A stretch of 64,000 nt of DNA from NCBI GenBank assembly GCA_026770705.1, contig JANJGN010000152.1:1116001-1180000 (forward strand), in the 5' to 3' direction. A model generated the notes under the pieces. The model was not told where the DNA came from. It was given only the letters and a program-made list of their open reading frames with translations, and did not search any database. The stretch's first letter is position 1. Each line of letters begins with the position of its first letter. Of this stretch, positions 39,688 to 51,740 are shown piece after piece. The stretch comes from Isurus oxyrinchus. Lineage: Eukaryota. The translations under genes were made by a program, and so were the position numbers.

Positions 39688-39760
39688 GTTTCTGTAGTGT
39701 AGCGGTTATCATATTCGCCTTACACGCGAAAGGTCCCTGGTTCGAAACCGGGCAGTAACA
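39688..39760 (+). tRNA. tRNA-Val(TAC), best-preserved copy of the array
   Basis: GTTTCTGTAGTGTAGCGGTTATCATATTCGCCTTACACGCGAAAGGTCCCTGGTTCGAAACCGGGCAGTAACA; intact B-box and anticodon stem, one T-T mismatch in the acceptor stem. Confidence 0.85.
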
Positions 39761-41584
39761 TTATGAAAATTTACTCATTAAATAGTGAGTACAATTTTCT
39801 TCGTTGAGGCTTACCTGAATCACCAATGTTGCAGGCAATATTGTATTTGCTCTCGCCGAGGTCACAAAATGAATGCAGCAAAATCAGCTCCTGCTGAGAT
39901 TCCATGACACACTTGGTGGACAGATGTTCCTCGTTCACTGCGTTTACATATTAGCAGCTCGTTTAGTCAACAAGAAAAATCAATGGGCCTTTCGATGCAG
40001 CTCAAGAAAGTTACTCGCCAAGTCTCAGTGTAATGTGTGCTCACAAAGACAGACAAAGATTGATCAGATCTAATTAGCGCATCATTCTCAAGCCTGTTTC
40101 CTGTATCATTCTTTGATTTTGTTGAAATGCTGACTGTTGTGCTACACCTCAAATCAGACTCATCGCAAATGCATTACCTGGTGACTTACATTCTTTTGTT
40201 TGCCAGTCAAGTTTGCAATTCGATGTTGTCTATTTCAGAGAGCCTCAAGTCAACGAAGGGCATCAATATCAAATACATTAATACTGAACGGTGAATAAGG
40301 GAAAAAAATTGCTGAGAAAAGGTTGTTGATTTTCGTCTGCTGAGGAGGAGAATTGTGTTCATAATGATTGAGCAGAAAGCATTGCTGCCTAAGACATTTG
40401 CTGAACCGAGAATTCTGCATTTTGAAATTCAAGCAAACAGAGGCACCAGATGGAAACCAAGAGTTGTCTTTCTGTCACAAGTGACTTGACGTCTCAGTGT
40501 AACCATTGGAATCCTCCAAACATTCTGGTAGATCAACACTTTTTCCTAAAGAAATATGTATTCTGTAAGATTACCTTCCCAGAACAATGCATTTTAAACC
40601 AAATGAACGAAACAAATATGCCAGCCTTTGATCTTTTAAGGCTCTGTTGAACTGTAACAATGATTTCCCACTGTGATATAACACCCTTGATTAGCGGTTT
40701 GTGGAGCAAATTTAATTAGATTGTGTAAATCAACTCAGAAATAATGAGATGTTTGTTCAAAAAAATAAACACTTTTGTCAATTCGATATGAATTCAATAG
40801 AAAAAGTAAATACTGTTCATATTCATAGCTATGTAAGAAGCACTGGTCTAATTCTTCAAGGTATTGGGTGAGGGAAACACTGTTAATTAAGGTAAACTAG
40901 GCATGGAATCTGCAGAATCTCCTTTTTCAAAAGGGAATTGTGCAATTAATTGACATTCAGAATAATAACGGGTTTACTAAAAGAGGGAAGGAAACTGAGA
41001 TTAATTGATTTGCTCTTAAAAAGCTGATGGAGACAGGATTATAGATGGGCCCCTTATGCCATTGAATAGATACATGGTGCTCTGCCGTTTTATGATTACA
41101 TTGTTATATGAGCATGTCTGCAGCATTCCTGATAATACCAGTTGAATTCCATTTCACCGAAACAGAGACCCAGAGCGCTGCTGCATGACAGCATGGCTTA
41201 ACATTCCGGAGAGGCCCTGGTCAGTCAGACAGCTCACCCTTCATTCTCCCCTGATTCCGTTTCCTAAAGAGTTTGTAAATATTCACAGAACTGGGTTTCC
41301 TGTTTTGGTTCCTCCTCCATTTTTCCACCTGCCAACTAACAGCATTTTCCAAAATCTCGTCACAATGTTCCGCCTTGCACCATGTTCAGGGGTGAACACA
41401 TTCAGTTTTGTTTTCTTTAGAGCAAAGCAGGTTAAACTGAGTTTTCGTGGTGTTGTTTAAAATTATTGGGCTGAGGAAGGGATCGGCGGCGGGCGGTTTG
41501 ATAGAGCAGTTAGGGAGAAACTGTTCCCACTCTCGAGGGTCAGTCACCAGAGGACTGGGGTTTATGATAATTAAATAACGATAG

Positions 41585-41850
41585 CCTTGCATTTATATAG
41601 CACCTTTCCCGACCAGCGGACGTTTCAAATCGCTTTCCAGTCAATGAAGGACATTGTGAAGTGTCATCATTATTGTAATGTCGGAAACACGGCAGCCAAT
41701 CATCGTTCAGCAAACTCCCACAAATAGCAACGTCATAATGAGCGGATAATGTGTCTTTGTGACATTGATTGAGGGATTAACATTGACCAGGAAGGGAGGA
41801 GAACTCCCCTGCTCTTCTTTCAAATAGGCGCATGGCATCTTTTACATTCT
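41585..41850 (-). mobile_element. DeuSINE (SacSINE1-like) 3' part
   Basis: Minus strand aaagatgccatg...aagagcaggggagttctc...ttgctatttgtgggagtttgctg...ttggctgccgtgtttcc...ggtgctatataaatgcaa. Confidence 0.7.
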
Positions 41851-42310
41851 GGTGCCTAAATCCCGTTCATGTCTCTTTCCAGACAGAATAAGAAAGGAAG
41901 GATTTCACCATGCATGCACTGAGCCTCGGTTTCCTCGGACATTTTATCGCACCCCGGCAGTTTTTCCTCTTCATCTGCTGAAGACCAATACAAAGTGATG
42001 ATGTAGCGTGTCTGCTATTTCCTCTGTTTCAATTACAGTATCGCTTTCATCTGTCTTTAGGAGCACACATTACTGTTATTCATCTTTGAGACGACGAGCT
42101 AACCTACAGCAATTCAATTATTATGCTAACTGAACGAACTATTAATATGTCTGTCGAGTGATAGTGGAAAGTGTTTTACAACCTTTACTGCATCGGGTGC
42201 GATAAAATGTCACTTTTGTTTTATTGTGGGATGTTCTTTAGTATTTCGAGAAGACCAATTGTCACGTAGCCCTAATACGCAAGTGCAGATAAACGAGTGG
42301 ATTTCGGTAA

Positions 42311-42372
42311 CATTTTCCCGGGTTTCGAACCGGGAGACTATTTACGTATTAGGGTCACGACGCTAGAGAAAC
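42311..42372 (-). pseudogene. Inverted tRNA-Val remnant with internal deletion
   Basis: Reverse complement GTTTCTCTAGCGT...CCCGGTTCGAAACCCGGGAAAATG; its upstream flank (to ~42530) is the reverse complement of the array's pre-tRNA flank. Confidence 0.7.
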
Positions 42373-43508
42373 CCTGCACTGCCGAATCTTCAATGGGCTT
42401 GACTGAAACGGTAACCTGCGCGGCCATGCAGCAGCACATTGGGATTTTGTTTTGAAGAAATGGAATTCGGCTGCTATCATTAGGAATGCTGGAGACAGAC
42501 TGATTTAACAATGTCGCCATAAAATGGTACAGCACGTGAGGAGACAATTCGGCCCATCGTGTCTATGGCAGCTTTTTGCAAAGCGCATTCCAATCAGTCC
42601 CAATTACTCTTCTTCATACGGACTCGAAACGTTAACTCTGTTTCTTTCTCCACAGCTGCTGACAAATCGGCTGCGTTTTTCCAGCATTTTCTGTTTTTGT
42701 TTCAGATTTGCAACGTCCGCAATATTTTGATTTATTTTGATCCTGGAGTCTCTTTACTCCGGGATCTACAAACCCGTCACTTCTCTTCTTTTGTTCTCAC
42801 GCTTCCATATCCAGTTGGAGTCGGTTTCCCTTTCGGGCTCTTAAACAAATCCATTTGGACGGACAAGTGGCATCTGAAATTTAATGTAAGGAAGTGTGAA
42901 GTGATTCATTTTGGTCAGAGAAGAGAGGCAACAGGAAACAAAGTGTACAGATTTATGTTGCGACTGGTTAGAATCCGGAATGCGGCTCAGTTCCACAAGC
43001 AGGTGAACGAATTTTTACCATCGCATTCACTTCACGCTTTACAACTACATTCACTTTAGTTTTGCAGCGTCATATTAAAAAGGTTCAGAGAGAAAAAGCA
43101 GATTGGAAAGATTCCTTTTGTATCCTTTCGAACTGGAAATGTCTGCGATGGAGAATACGAGTTAAAAATGTGACGTGAAAGTGAATAATTTGATGTCTGT
43201 CAGTTGCTTTTAGTGATGAATATCTGCCTTGCGCTGGCTTGTCAGTTTCACAGCAGCCGCGGTGCTTAGGTTGGTGGGTTTTGGAAATTGAATTTTGCAA
43301 TTCACAGCTTAGGGTCTATTTCACCACACTGTCGATTTCATGTTCCACGCAATAGCAACATTGGTTATCATTGGCTGAAGAAATAATTTCGGTCCTATCT
43401 CAACATGGCATTTTGTCGGAGAAACTTCATCCTCGTGAAAATGGTCCAGAATGAATAAAATGGCAAAAGCTGCGTCGATATCCCGAGATGCAAGCGCAGC
43501 AAGCAGAT

Positions 43509-43580
43509 TCCTTGGTAATCCAGTGGTTAGGATTCAGCGATCTCACCGCTGCGGCCTGGGTTTGCATCCCGATCAGAAGC
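43509..43580 (+). tRNA. tRNA-Glu(CTC), probably pseudogene
   Basis: TCCTTGGTAATCCAGTGGTTAGGATTCAGCGATCTCACCGCTGCGGCCTGGGTTTGCATCCCGATCAGAAGC, colinear with vertebrate tRNA-Glu-CTC; B-box damaged. Confidence 0.8.
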
Positions 43581-44294
43581 TAGCCGCTTAATTCTCTTGT
43601 TAAAACGACTTGATTAAGTTACTGATTGAAAACAGGAAATGCGTTACAGCTCTGCCCGAATCAGTGGAGTTGAAACTGAAGTTTCGCATCAGAAATGAAA
43701 ATGTCACATGTGCAACAGGTCAATAACAAATGTAGATGTCGGGCTGGAAAGTAAAAGAATAAAAGAAAAAGGCTGTGATCGGTTGCAAAGCAGTGGCTAC
43801 AACGATGTTGATACAAGGCAGAATATGGATGGGAATGGGGCTGCTTTTACTAGTGCACTGTGTATAGTTCAGAGAATGACACCTGATAAAGGATCAGTAT
43901 TGATCCTGGAAACAGGGCAGCGCTAATCCACCAGGATGTGAGTTCTGGAATGTGAATGGACATTCTACCCTTTGTAAACGTGAGGTCATTCAAAACTCTG
44001 CTGCCCGTGTCTGAACTTGCAGCAAGTGCCATTCCACTATCAACCCCTGTGCTTTCTGACCTACACTGACTCCTGGTCAAGAACTATCTTTAGCTTAAAA
44101 TTCTGCTTGTTTCCAAATCCCTCCATGTCCTTGCCCCTCTCTTTCGCTTTAGTCTCCCAGAACCCCAAAACCTTCTGAGATGTCCATGCCCCTTGAGATG
44201 TGGCAGATGAACGGATATAGGAAAACACTGGAGAGTTAATTTTCTACAATTTACCAATGCTTTATTCCAGTTAAAATCAGGGATAATGAGGAAA

Positions 44295-44376
44295 CACAGT
44301 CGGCAGGATTCAAAACTACATGGAAAGATCCCAATGGATTTCGAATCCATCGCCTTAACCACTCGGCTACAACTAC
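44295..44376 (-). tRNA. tRNA-Ser(CGA), probably pseudogene
   Basis: Reverse complement GTAGTTGTAGCCGAGTGGTTAAGGCGATGGATTCGAAATCCATTGGGATCTTTCCATGTAGTTTTGAATCCTGCCGACTGTG; 82 nt with long variable arm. Confidence 0.82.
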
Positions 44377-44625
44377 GCTGCCTTTATTCATATAAAATAA
44401 TAGGTGGCTACTGCAGAGCAGGTGGGCATTCACCCCGTCGTATTCATGCCATCTCTCTGGAAAAGTGAATCAACTGATTCCACACAGGCTCCGTTTCCCC
44501 CACAGAAATTCATATTTGTATTGTCTCTCCTTGTTCTTCCCATCAAAATAAAACACCGCACACTCCACTTCAACTGAAGCTTCACCGTCTAAACATTTTG
44601 TGACATGACGCAAATACCAGCTCAT

Positions 44626-44706
44626 TGGAACAGTAGGATTCGAGCCAAGGTCCGCATCAAAATGGAGGTTTTGACGCAGCATGTTAGATCGCTCGGCCAC
44701 AATAAC
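44626..44706 (-). pseudogene. tRNA-Leu-like remnant
   Basis: Reverse complement contains GTGGCCGAGCGATCTAA...GCTGCGT...GGCTCGAATCCTAC; anticodon arm degraded. Confidence 0.6.
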
Positions 44707-44759
44707 ATAGTGGGTGCCTTTTACCTTACCTGGTATTTCCATTGAAATATAGACAGTAA

Positions 44760-45120
44760 AGAAAAGAGCAGGAAGCGGCCTTCAGGCGCCTTGAACATGC
44801 TCCGCCATTTGTTTAGATCATAGCGGATCCCCAGCCTCCAAACCAATTTTCTACACCAGCCTGATATCCCTTTATTTCCTTAGAATCCAAAAATCTATCC
44901 ATCTTAACCTTCAATTTGCTCATCGACTGAGGATCTGTAGATATCTGGGCTACAGTACTCCAAAGATTCACAACCCTTTGAGTGAAGAAATGTCTCCTCA
45001 TCTCAGTCCTAAACGGCTGACACGTTATCCGCAGAAGGTGAGCCCAGTTATAGGCGCTCCAGCCAGGGGGAAAACAGCCTCTCACCATGAACACTCTTAA
45101 ACTGTCTCAGAATTTCACAC
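44760..45120 (-). mobile_element. CR1 LINE 3' end
   Basis: ORF 44813-45094 ...PFRTEMRRHFFTQRVVNLWS...KVKMDRFLDSKEIKGY. Confidence 0.75.
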
Positions 45121-46358
45121 TTTGCAAAGAGGTAAAGGAGACCAAGACAGAGACAGAGAAACTGTGATGGCGAATGCAGTTATACGGAGACAAAGAGAGA
45201 CAGATAGGGACAGAGAGTTGGTTGGACACCGAAAGCTGTACTCGGAAATGGTAACTCTGGCGACTATCATCGATTGTCATTTAAGATCCATCCACACCAC
45301 TAATTTCCTTAGGGAAGAAAATCTGCCACCTTTACCCGGCTTGGCCTATATGTTACTCCGGACTCACAGTAATGTGGTTGATTCTTAATTGCCTTCTGAA
45401 ATGGCCGAGAAAGCCAAACAGTTCAAGGGCAATTAGTATGAGAAACAAATGCTGGCCTTGCAAGTGACACCCCATCCCATGAAAGAATAACGAGAGAAAA
45501 AAGCTTTACTCTGTATCGAACACCTGCTGCACTGACTCTGGGGGAGTTTGATGAGACAGTATAACGGAAACTTTCTTCCTCCATATACTGTCCTGCATTG
45601 GCCTCCGAAGAAGCAGATCCCTTCTGTTTACAATTACCTGACATGTGACCGTGACAGGCCAGAGTTTGTGTGAAACCACGAGGTTCTCCTCGCTGTGTAA
45701 TCATTATGCCTCTGGAGTTTGCCATAAAAAAGCTGAGATAAAGATCTCTTTACACGGGTGGGCCGCTGGGTGGCGCAGTGACTCTTTCACCGAAGGACCT
45801 TGGGTTCAAACACATCCCAGACAGGACTGGTGAAAAATTCCTGTCTGGGAGCATCTGTCAGTGTGGGAGAAAGGAGTTCAGCAAAGTCATAGCTCGTTTC
45901 ACATTCAAGGTTCATTGATAATTTCAGAGAACATTTTACAGACAAAGTTTATTTTAAAGTGAACTGAAGTGAATGTAACGACTGTGAGCCACTTTGAGAA
46001 CGGAACACATTCGCTCTGAGCTGCCATCTGTATGTACAACTGTAACAGGCACCAGGAAGAGAAACCAGGAGCTCAACATAAAGGGAAGGGAATAATTGTG
46101 AATGAGCAATGGCGGAAGTTACAGATAATTGAAACTACAGGGAAATTATAAGCAACTGTTACAGTACAGTCATAATTATCTCGCGCATTTCAAACAGTAA
46201 ATCAGAAATACCCTCATGATTGCCTTAGTCACAGATTCGGAATCAAAAGTTGAAGGTATTTTACATAGAGAGTCACCGAGAGGACATATTTTAAATTCGT
46301 AATGCAGAGATCTCAATAAAGAGCTGACGAAAATCTACAGTGTCCAAAATTCAACCGA

Positions 46359-46367
46359 TCATTCGAT
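46359..46367 (-). CDS. IGHM: Probable IgM TM2 exon coding part (I-E-stop)
   Basis: Acceptor tctccttttacag then ATC GAA TGA, 138 nt downstream of the TM1 donor; minus-strand AATAAA at 45953-45948. Confidence 0.5.
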   Translation of the reverse strand: ME

Positions 46368-46505
46368 CTGTAAAAGGAGATAAAATAATGAAGCAGATGT
46401 TTAGGATCTGGGCCATTTATGTTAGGGTTTTAATCATTGTAACATTGAGAGACTTTTCAAACCGTTTCTGTCAGTTTGAAGTGTGAGCAAATTGAATCTT
46501 CTCAC

Positions 46506-46633
46506 CTTCACCAGAGTGACGGCAGTGCTGTAGCACATGCTCAGGAAGAACAAGATGATGAATGTGGAAGCGGTTGTCCAGATGTTGCCGTTATCATCGT
46601 CAGAGCCTTCAATCCAGATGCGATCTGTGTAAT
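46506..46633 (-). CDS. IGHM: IgM heavy chain TM1 exon
   Basis: ag|..|gtgaga; translates (D)YTDRIWIEGSDDDNGNIWTTASTFIILFFLSMCYSTAVTLVK: acidic spacer plus the conserved antigen-receptor TM motif. Confidence 0.92.
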
Positions 46634-47149
46634 CTACGTGGGTATAGCGCCCGAAATAAATTAGATTGTTTACTAATCCAGGATTTCTTACTGCTGTTTT
46701 GTATTCACTTTTCTTTCTTAAGCTATTAATGTAATCCCTAATTTAATTTTTAATGTATGTCTGTTGTTAAGTTCGTGACATTCAGCAACCTATCTCTGTA
46801 ACTATTACCACAGCTGTCCTTCCTTGACATTCCTCGAGCAGCCCATGTTGGAAGGTATGGGAAATTTTCTTTAGTGTCAATTCATTTTCGAACAATTTTG
46901 TACGATCTATTATGGTGGATTTCGATAGAGGTTCATAGCTACTTATTTGGCAACTGTGAATGTTAAGTTTAAAAGCTCGGATGTGAGTTCCCATCTTGTT
47001 TGTTTATTTGTTCTGGGAATGTTTGGCACGTCTGTAACTTAAATTACTTTCTCAGTAAGAATATTGCTTCAGTGTGTTTGTCGGGTCATCATGTGATAGT
47101 GACAACTGTCGGTGGATATGTCCTTTAAAAAGTGCGTTTGAACAATGAT

Positions 47150-48600
47150 TTCATCAATAGACTGGCGTTTGTGTTGTGCCTTGGCGTTTATGTCTGTGTG
47201 GATGAATTATCTCGTGTGTTACATCACTCTTTGTTTGTATATTTCCATACGTGTGTATGAGTGTTAATGTGTGTGTTCATGCGCCAATCAGTGTTGCTTT
47301 GTGCAGATGTGTGCCTGAGTCTGTGTGTATACTTTGTGTTTCTATCAATGTATATAATGAGTATTATTGTGTGTTTATGTGTTGAAGTCTATATTTATTT
47401 ATGATTATCTGTGTTAGTTCGTATTTACGTGTTCATGACTGCTAATATGTGTGTTCATGTGTCTATTTGTATTCTACGTGTGATTCAGTATCTTAACGTT
47501 TGTGTCTCCATGAGTTTCTGTGCGTGTGTGTATGTTTGTGTGTGTGTGTGAAAATGTGTATTTATGTGCTGGTTGATTTTTGTAACTGTATTGATGTACT
47601 TTTGTGCCTCCATGTGTTCCCATGTGTATGAGTATGTTAATATTTGTGTCGTCATGTCGGTTCATCTCTGTGCTTGTGTGCCAGTGTGTAGTCTGTCAAT
47701 GTGCGTGTATGAGTGTCGGTCTATTTGTGTTAATGTGTGTCTTTACGAATAAGTTTCTGCCATCGTGAATGTGTGCTTATGCATATGTTAATGGTTACAG
47801 TTGTGCTCTGTATACTCCTGTGAGTCTGATTGTCTGATGTTATGTGTTTGCCTTTGTGACTGTTTATTTATCTGTGCGCTTGTGTATTTTTGTCTGTATG
47901 CTTGTGTCTGCGTGCACTTGTGTGGATATGTGTACTTGTCTGTTTGTCTGTGTGTGTGTGTGTGCGTGTGTGTATGTATATGTGTGTATTTCTCTGTGTG
48001 TGTATTTGGATGTGTGTGTTTGCCTGTGCATGTGTGTGTGTGTGCATTTGTGCCTATGTGTGTGTGTTTTTGTGTGTGTACGTGTCGATATATTTGTGCA
48101 TTTGTGTGTGCATTTGTGTGTCTGTGCGTGCCTGTATGTGCATTTGTGTGCCCGTGTGTATACGCGTATTTGTGTGTGTATGTGTTTGTGTATGTGTGTG
48201 TGTTTCTGTATGTGTGTGTGTGTGTATGTGTACCAGTTTGTGTGTTTGTGTACGTGTATGTGTGTGTATCTGTGTAAGTATACTAGTGTGTGTATTTGTG
48301 TACGTGTATTCGAGTGTGTGTGCATGTCTCTATGTGTATGTGTGTGTACATTCGTACGTCTGTGTGTGTATTTGTTTGTGTGCATGTGTGTTTGTGTGCC
48401 TGTGCATGTGTACATCCATTTGTATGTGTGTCTGTGTGTGTATGCGTGTATTTCTGTGTGTATGTCTGTATGTGCGTGTGTGTTTGTATGAGAGAGAGAG
48501 TGTGTCTATGTATTTGTGTGTACACGTGTGTATCTGTAAGTGTGTGTCTGTATATATGTGTGTCTGTGTGTGTGTCTGCGTGTGAGTGTAGTTTTATCAG
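47150..48600. repeat. Degenerate (TG)n-rich simple repeat in the CH4-TM intron
   Basis: ~1.4 kb of TG/TATG/TCTG variants; overlapping ORFs are artefacts. Confidence 0.9.
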
Positions 48601-49799
48601 TTGTATGTATTTTTAGCATTGCTCCAAGCTCCAGCGTGTACCAATAACCCAGTCTGACCTTGACGGTGAGAATTATGGTTAAAATTTTCGATCTTATTTC
48701 TATAGATGTGATTGTTGTGAGATGCTAAGTGAAATCAGGTGAACAAATGCAAAAAATCAACTATGCACATCATAAAACTCAGTGAGAGAACGTTGAAAAC
48801 CCAGGGAGGATTCAAATACCAGTTTAGATTTGGATTATGTAAAATCAATGTTAGCATAGGGTCAACATGAACAATGGTGAGTTCAAAATCTATGGCCAGA
48901 AAATTGACTTATACTGTTGAAACTGAGTCCTTATAGCAGAGATCCGATCCCTTCCAGATTCAATGCTGGGGGAGTGGCAGTATAGTGAGTTAATGGTTTC
49001 CCCTCTCTCAGGACGGCTAAGCAATTTACATTCGGTTCTCTCTGCTAAAGAGTTTGAGTTAGACTGAGTTAACTAATCACCTTTTCCTCTTTCTTCTTGC
49101 TGGAGCATTGGAGCGACAGTGGATAACTAAAGCCGCCACCTCACCACCCCCACCACCCCCCACCCCCCCGCCCCCCCGCCACCCACCCCAGCCTTTGCTA
49201 GGGAAGTAGAGGGGCAGTGGGTTTACAATTGTCCTTCCCCCTGTCTCTGTTGCGGAAGTGGGGGTACAGTTGGTTTACTAATGCCCTTCCCCTGTCTCTT
49301 TTGGGGAAGTGGGGGTACAGTGGGTTAACAATTTCCCTTTCACCTCTTTCTGATGAGAGATTGTTGATAGATGTTCCTGTGTGACCCTCACTTCAGCTCC
49401 CAGTAGGTATGGTGCAGCAGCTTAAAGCTGATATCATTTTAAAGGGATGGACAATAAGACAATCAGAAACACTGACATCTAAATGCACTGTGTTTATTTG
49501 TCGGGAATTGGAAATTATCAGATTTCTCCTCTGTGGGAGGAGAGTTAGTGAAGCTATTTTGCAGAATCCTGTAATGAATAAGCTTTACTCTGTCTCTGAC
49601 CCAGGGTGTATCTGAGCTGGGAGCACTGGGCGTATGCGACTTGGGTCTGAGACCTTTGAATGTCCGATTTTAAATGAACAGGGATAACATTAGCAAAAGT
49701 GGAAAACAACATTAGTTAAGCGATTGTGTAATTAAATCACGATTGGTGGAAAATGCCTTCATTATTTTTATTAATGTTCGATATGAAACCAATAGAGTC

Positions 49800-50187
49800 T
49801 CATTGACATGAATTAATGGTGTCCATCAGTGCAAGGGAAATGTTCACAAAACTCGGTTTACCGCTGGATTTATTAACCGTTCTGTTGATGATCTTCAAGG
49901 GGATCGCTTCATGTCCCACCACACAGGAGTAAGAAGCTCCGCTGGCCCACTCCTCCGCTGCAATGGATAACAGGCTGTACATGAATAAGGAGCGATTACT
50001 GTTCACCATCACCTCGGTGTTCTTGTAGCTCCTGGGATTCACCGGCTTGTCTTGATGGTCCACTTGACGAAGATCTCTCGGGGGTAGAAACCTCTCACTA
50101 AGCAGCTGAGGGAGACAAATCTCTCAGTGGAGACATCTTCTGCCGAGGGCAGGAGGACAGACATGGATGGTTCCCGGAGATTTTTCG
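49800..50187 (-). pseudogene. IGHM: IgM CH4 + secretory tailpiece exon (1-bp deletion)
   Basis: [44 protein letters not shown]/-DKPVNP...[43 protein letters not shown]; internal G|GTAAAC donor at 49862; AATAAA 49772-49767; frameshift ~50052. Confidence 0.93.
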
Positions 50188-51431
50188 CTGCAGAAAACGT
50201 GCAATAAATGTCAATAAACTGGACAGATTCAGAGCCAGAAAGAAAAACGTTACTTAGATGTGAGAGAAATGGGGTTTGTGTTGACTCTTAAAGGTTTCTA
50301 TTTTCTATGTTGGGATCTGTCTGGTTTTCCAGCTCGAAGTAGAGTTGGATGTCTAAGAAATGGGGTAATCAAAAGCTGCTATTTTCTGCATAATAACGAA
50401 CTTTTATAGGATTTGCTAAATAGCATGGTTTGTCTCTCTGTAAAGAGGATTTCTAAACACTTTGACCTCTAAATAGTCTTAGCTCAGGCTGCCATGTTGA
50501 CATTCCTGAGTTGGTAGGCTGGAGTCTTGTGCACCCCTCCCCCACACCCCCCCCCCCCCCCACCCCATCTGTGCAATTGTTTAGAAAAGGACCAGGATGT
50601 CAGCATCAGCATGATGTAAACTTAAAATCTGAACCCGAGCAGGGGATGTGGTAACCACCCTGACTGTTTGGGCACATGTCCTGACCATTGGCCAGAAAAG
50701 TTTGCATTGGCAATTGACACTGGGTTAGTTACCAGGCCCCAGATAAAGATTATATTAATAAGTGCTCAGGCACAGATCCTAGGTCCTGGTGGGGCCATAT
50801 GCTGGTGAGGTGCCGTGGTGAGGCTGCAGTGGCCGTCGGCAGCTGCTTTCCTCAAAATGGCCAAGGAGGAGGAGGAAGATGAGGTCAATGCACTTTATGA
50901 CAAACATTTGTCCGTCGTCTGGGACCAGTAAAACGCTCTCAACTCTCACTGGCCGTATACCTATTAAGTCTAATGAGTTCCCGTATGATACCTAAACTGT
51001 TATTTCTTAATAAACTTTAAAACAATCTTAAAATCCCTGAGACTAGCCGACTGTCCTTTTAGGCATCTCTGGCCCCCGAATCCAAACTCTTACAGATACT
51101 GTCCTTTGCTCTGAGAACTTAACGGGTTGGAAGGGAAAATTCCTCAAAGTTTACAGCCCAGCAAAAGACCATTCAGCCCACCTGGACCATGCTGGTGCTT
51201 AAGCTCCACAACAGGCTTCTCCCACCTTACTTCATATAAACCCAATAACACAGCCTCCAATTCATTGCTCAGTCATCTACTTATCAATTTCCCCCTGAAT
51301 GTCTATAGGCCCAGAGCGCTTAGTGGAACTACCAATCAGGGTAGACCATGAATACACTGAATAGTAAATATTCACCCTTACACTGGAAATAGACACAATG
51401 ACTCACTTATTGCTTCAATTTCACCGCTCAC

Positions 51432-51740
51432 CTGGTTCCTTGTGGATGGACTGTTTTAAAGGAATCCGCAGATCCTGATGGCTCAACACGCAGTAGAACT
51501 CAGCCCCACTCAGCCAGGCTTGTGTTGAGATGTTTAGGTTGCTGACGACGCTGTTGTGATCCTCTCCCGGTTGGACAGCAACCTCTGATTTCAAAGGCTT
51601 CGATTCTTGGATCCAGGAGACGAGGGTTCCATAAGGGGCATTAGAAACGATGCAGGTTAAGGTCACCGTCGCCTCCAGTAAGACCTGTTCTATTGGCGGT
51701 GACAGTAGAGTAATTGTGGGATCGCTGCGCTGGGAATGAT
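51432..51740 (-). CDS. IGHM: IgM CH3 exon (open, 309 nt)
   Basis: [36 protein letters not shown]...[21 protein letters not shown]; canonical ag/gt boundaries. Confidence 0.92.

Larger units (their letters stand above)
30130..41220 (+). repeat. Tandem array of ~1.6 kb units each ending in a tRNA-Val gene (about 7 units, last lacking its tRNA)
   Basis: tRNA-Val starts at 31511, 33182, 34838, 36392, 38006, 39688 (spacings 1671, 1656, 1554, 1614, 1682); spacers alignable throughout (e.g. aggcatggattctgcagaaa, tgaaattcaaa..agctgaggcaccagg). Confidence 0.92.

Noticed and set aside
30130-41220. CRISPR-like or protein-coding interpretation of the periodic region
   Set aside because: Eukaryotic DNA; units are ~1.6 kb with homologous spacers, and short ORFs are not frame-conserved between units
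45755-45830. tRNA-like A/B-box sequence
   Set aside because: No cloverleaf; more likely a decayed SINE head than a tRNA gene
47474-48616. Long Cys/Val- or His/Thr-rich ORFs
   Set aside because: Translations of TG microsatellite with no coding signature; it is also not a switch region, as it lies 3' of CH4
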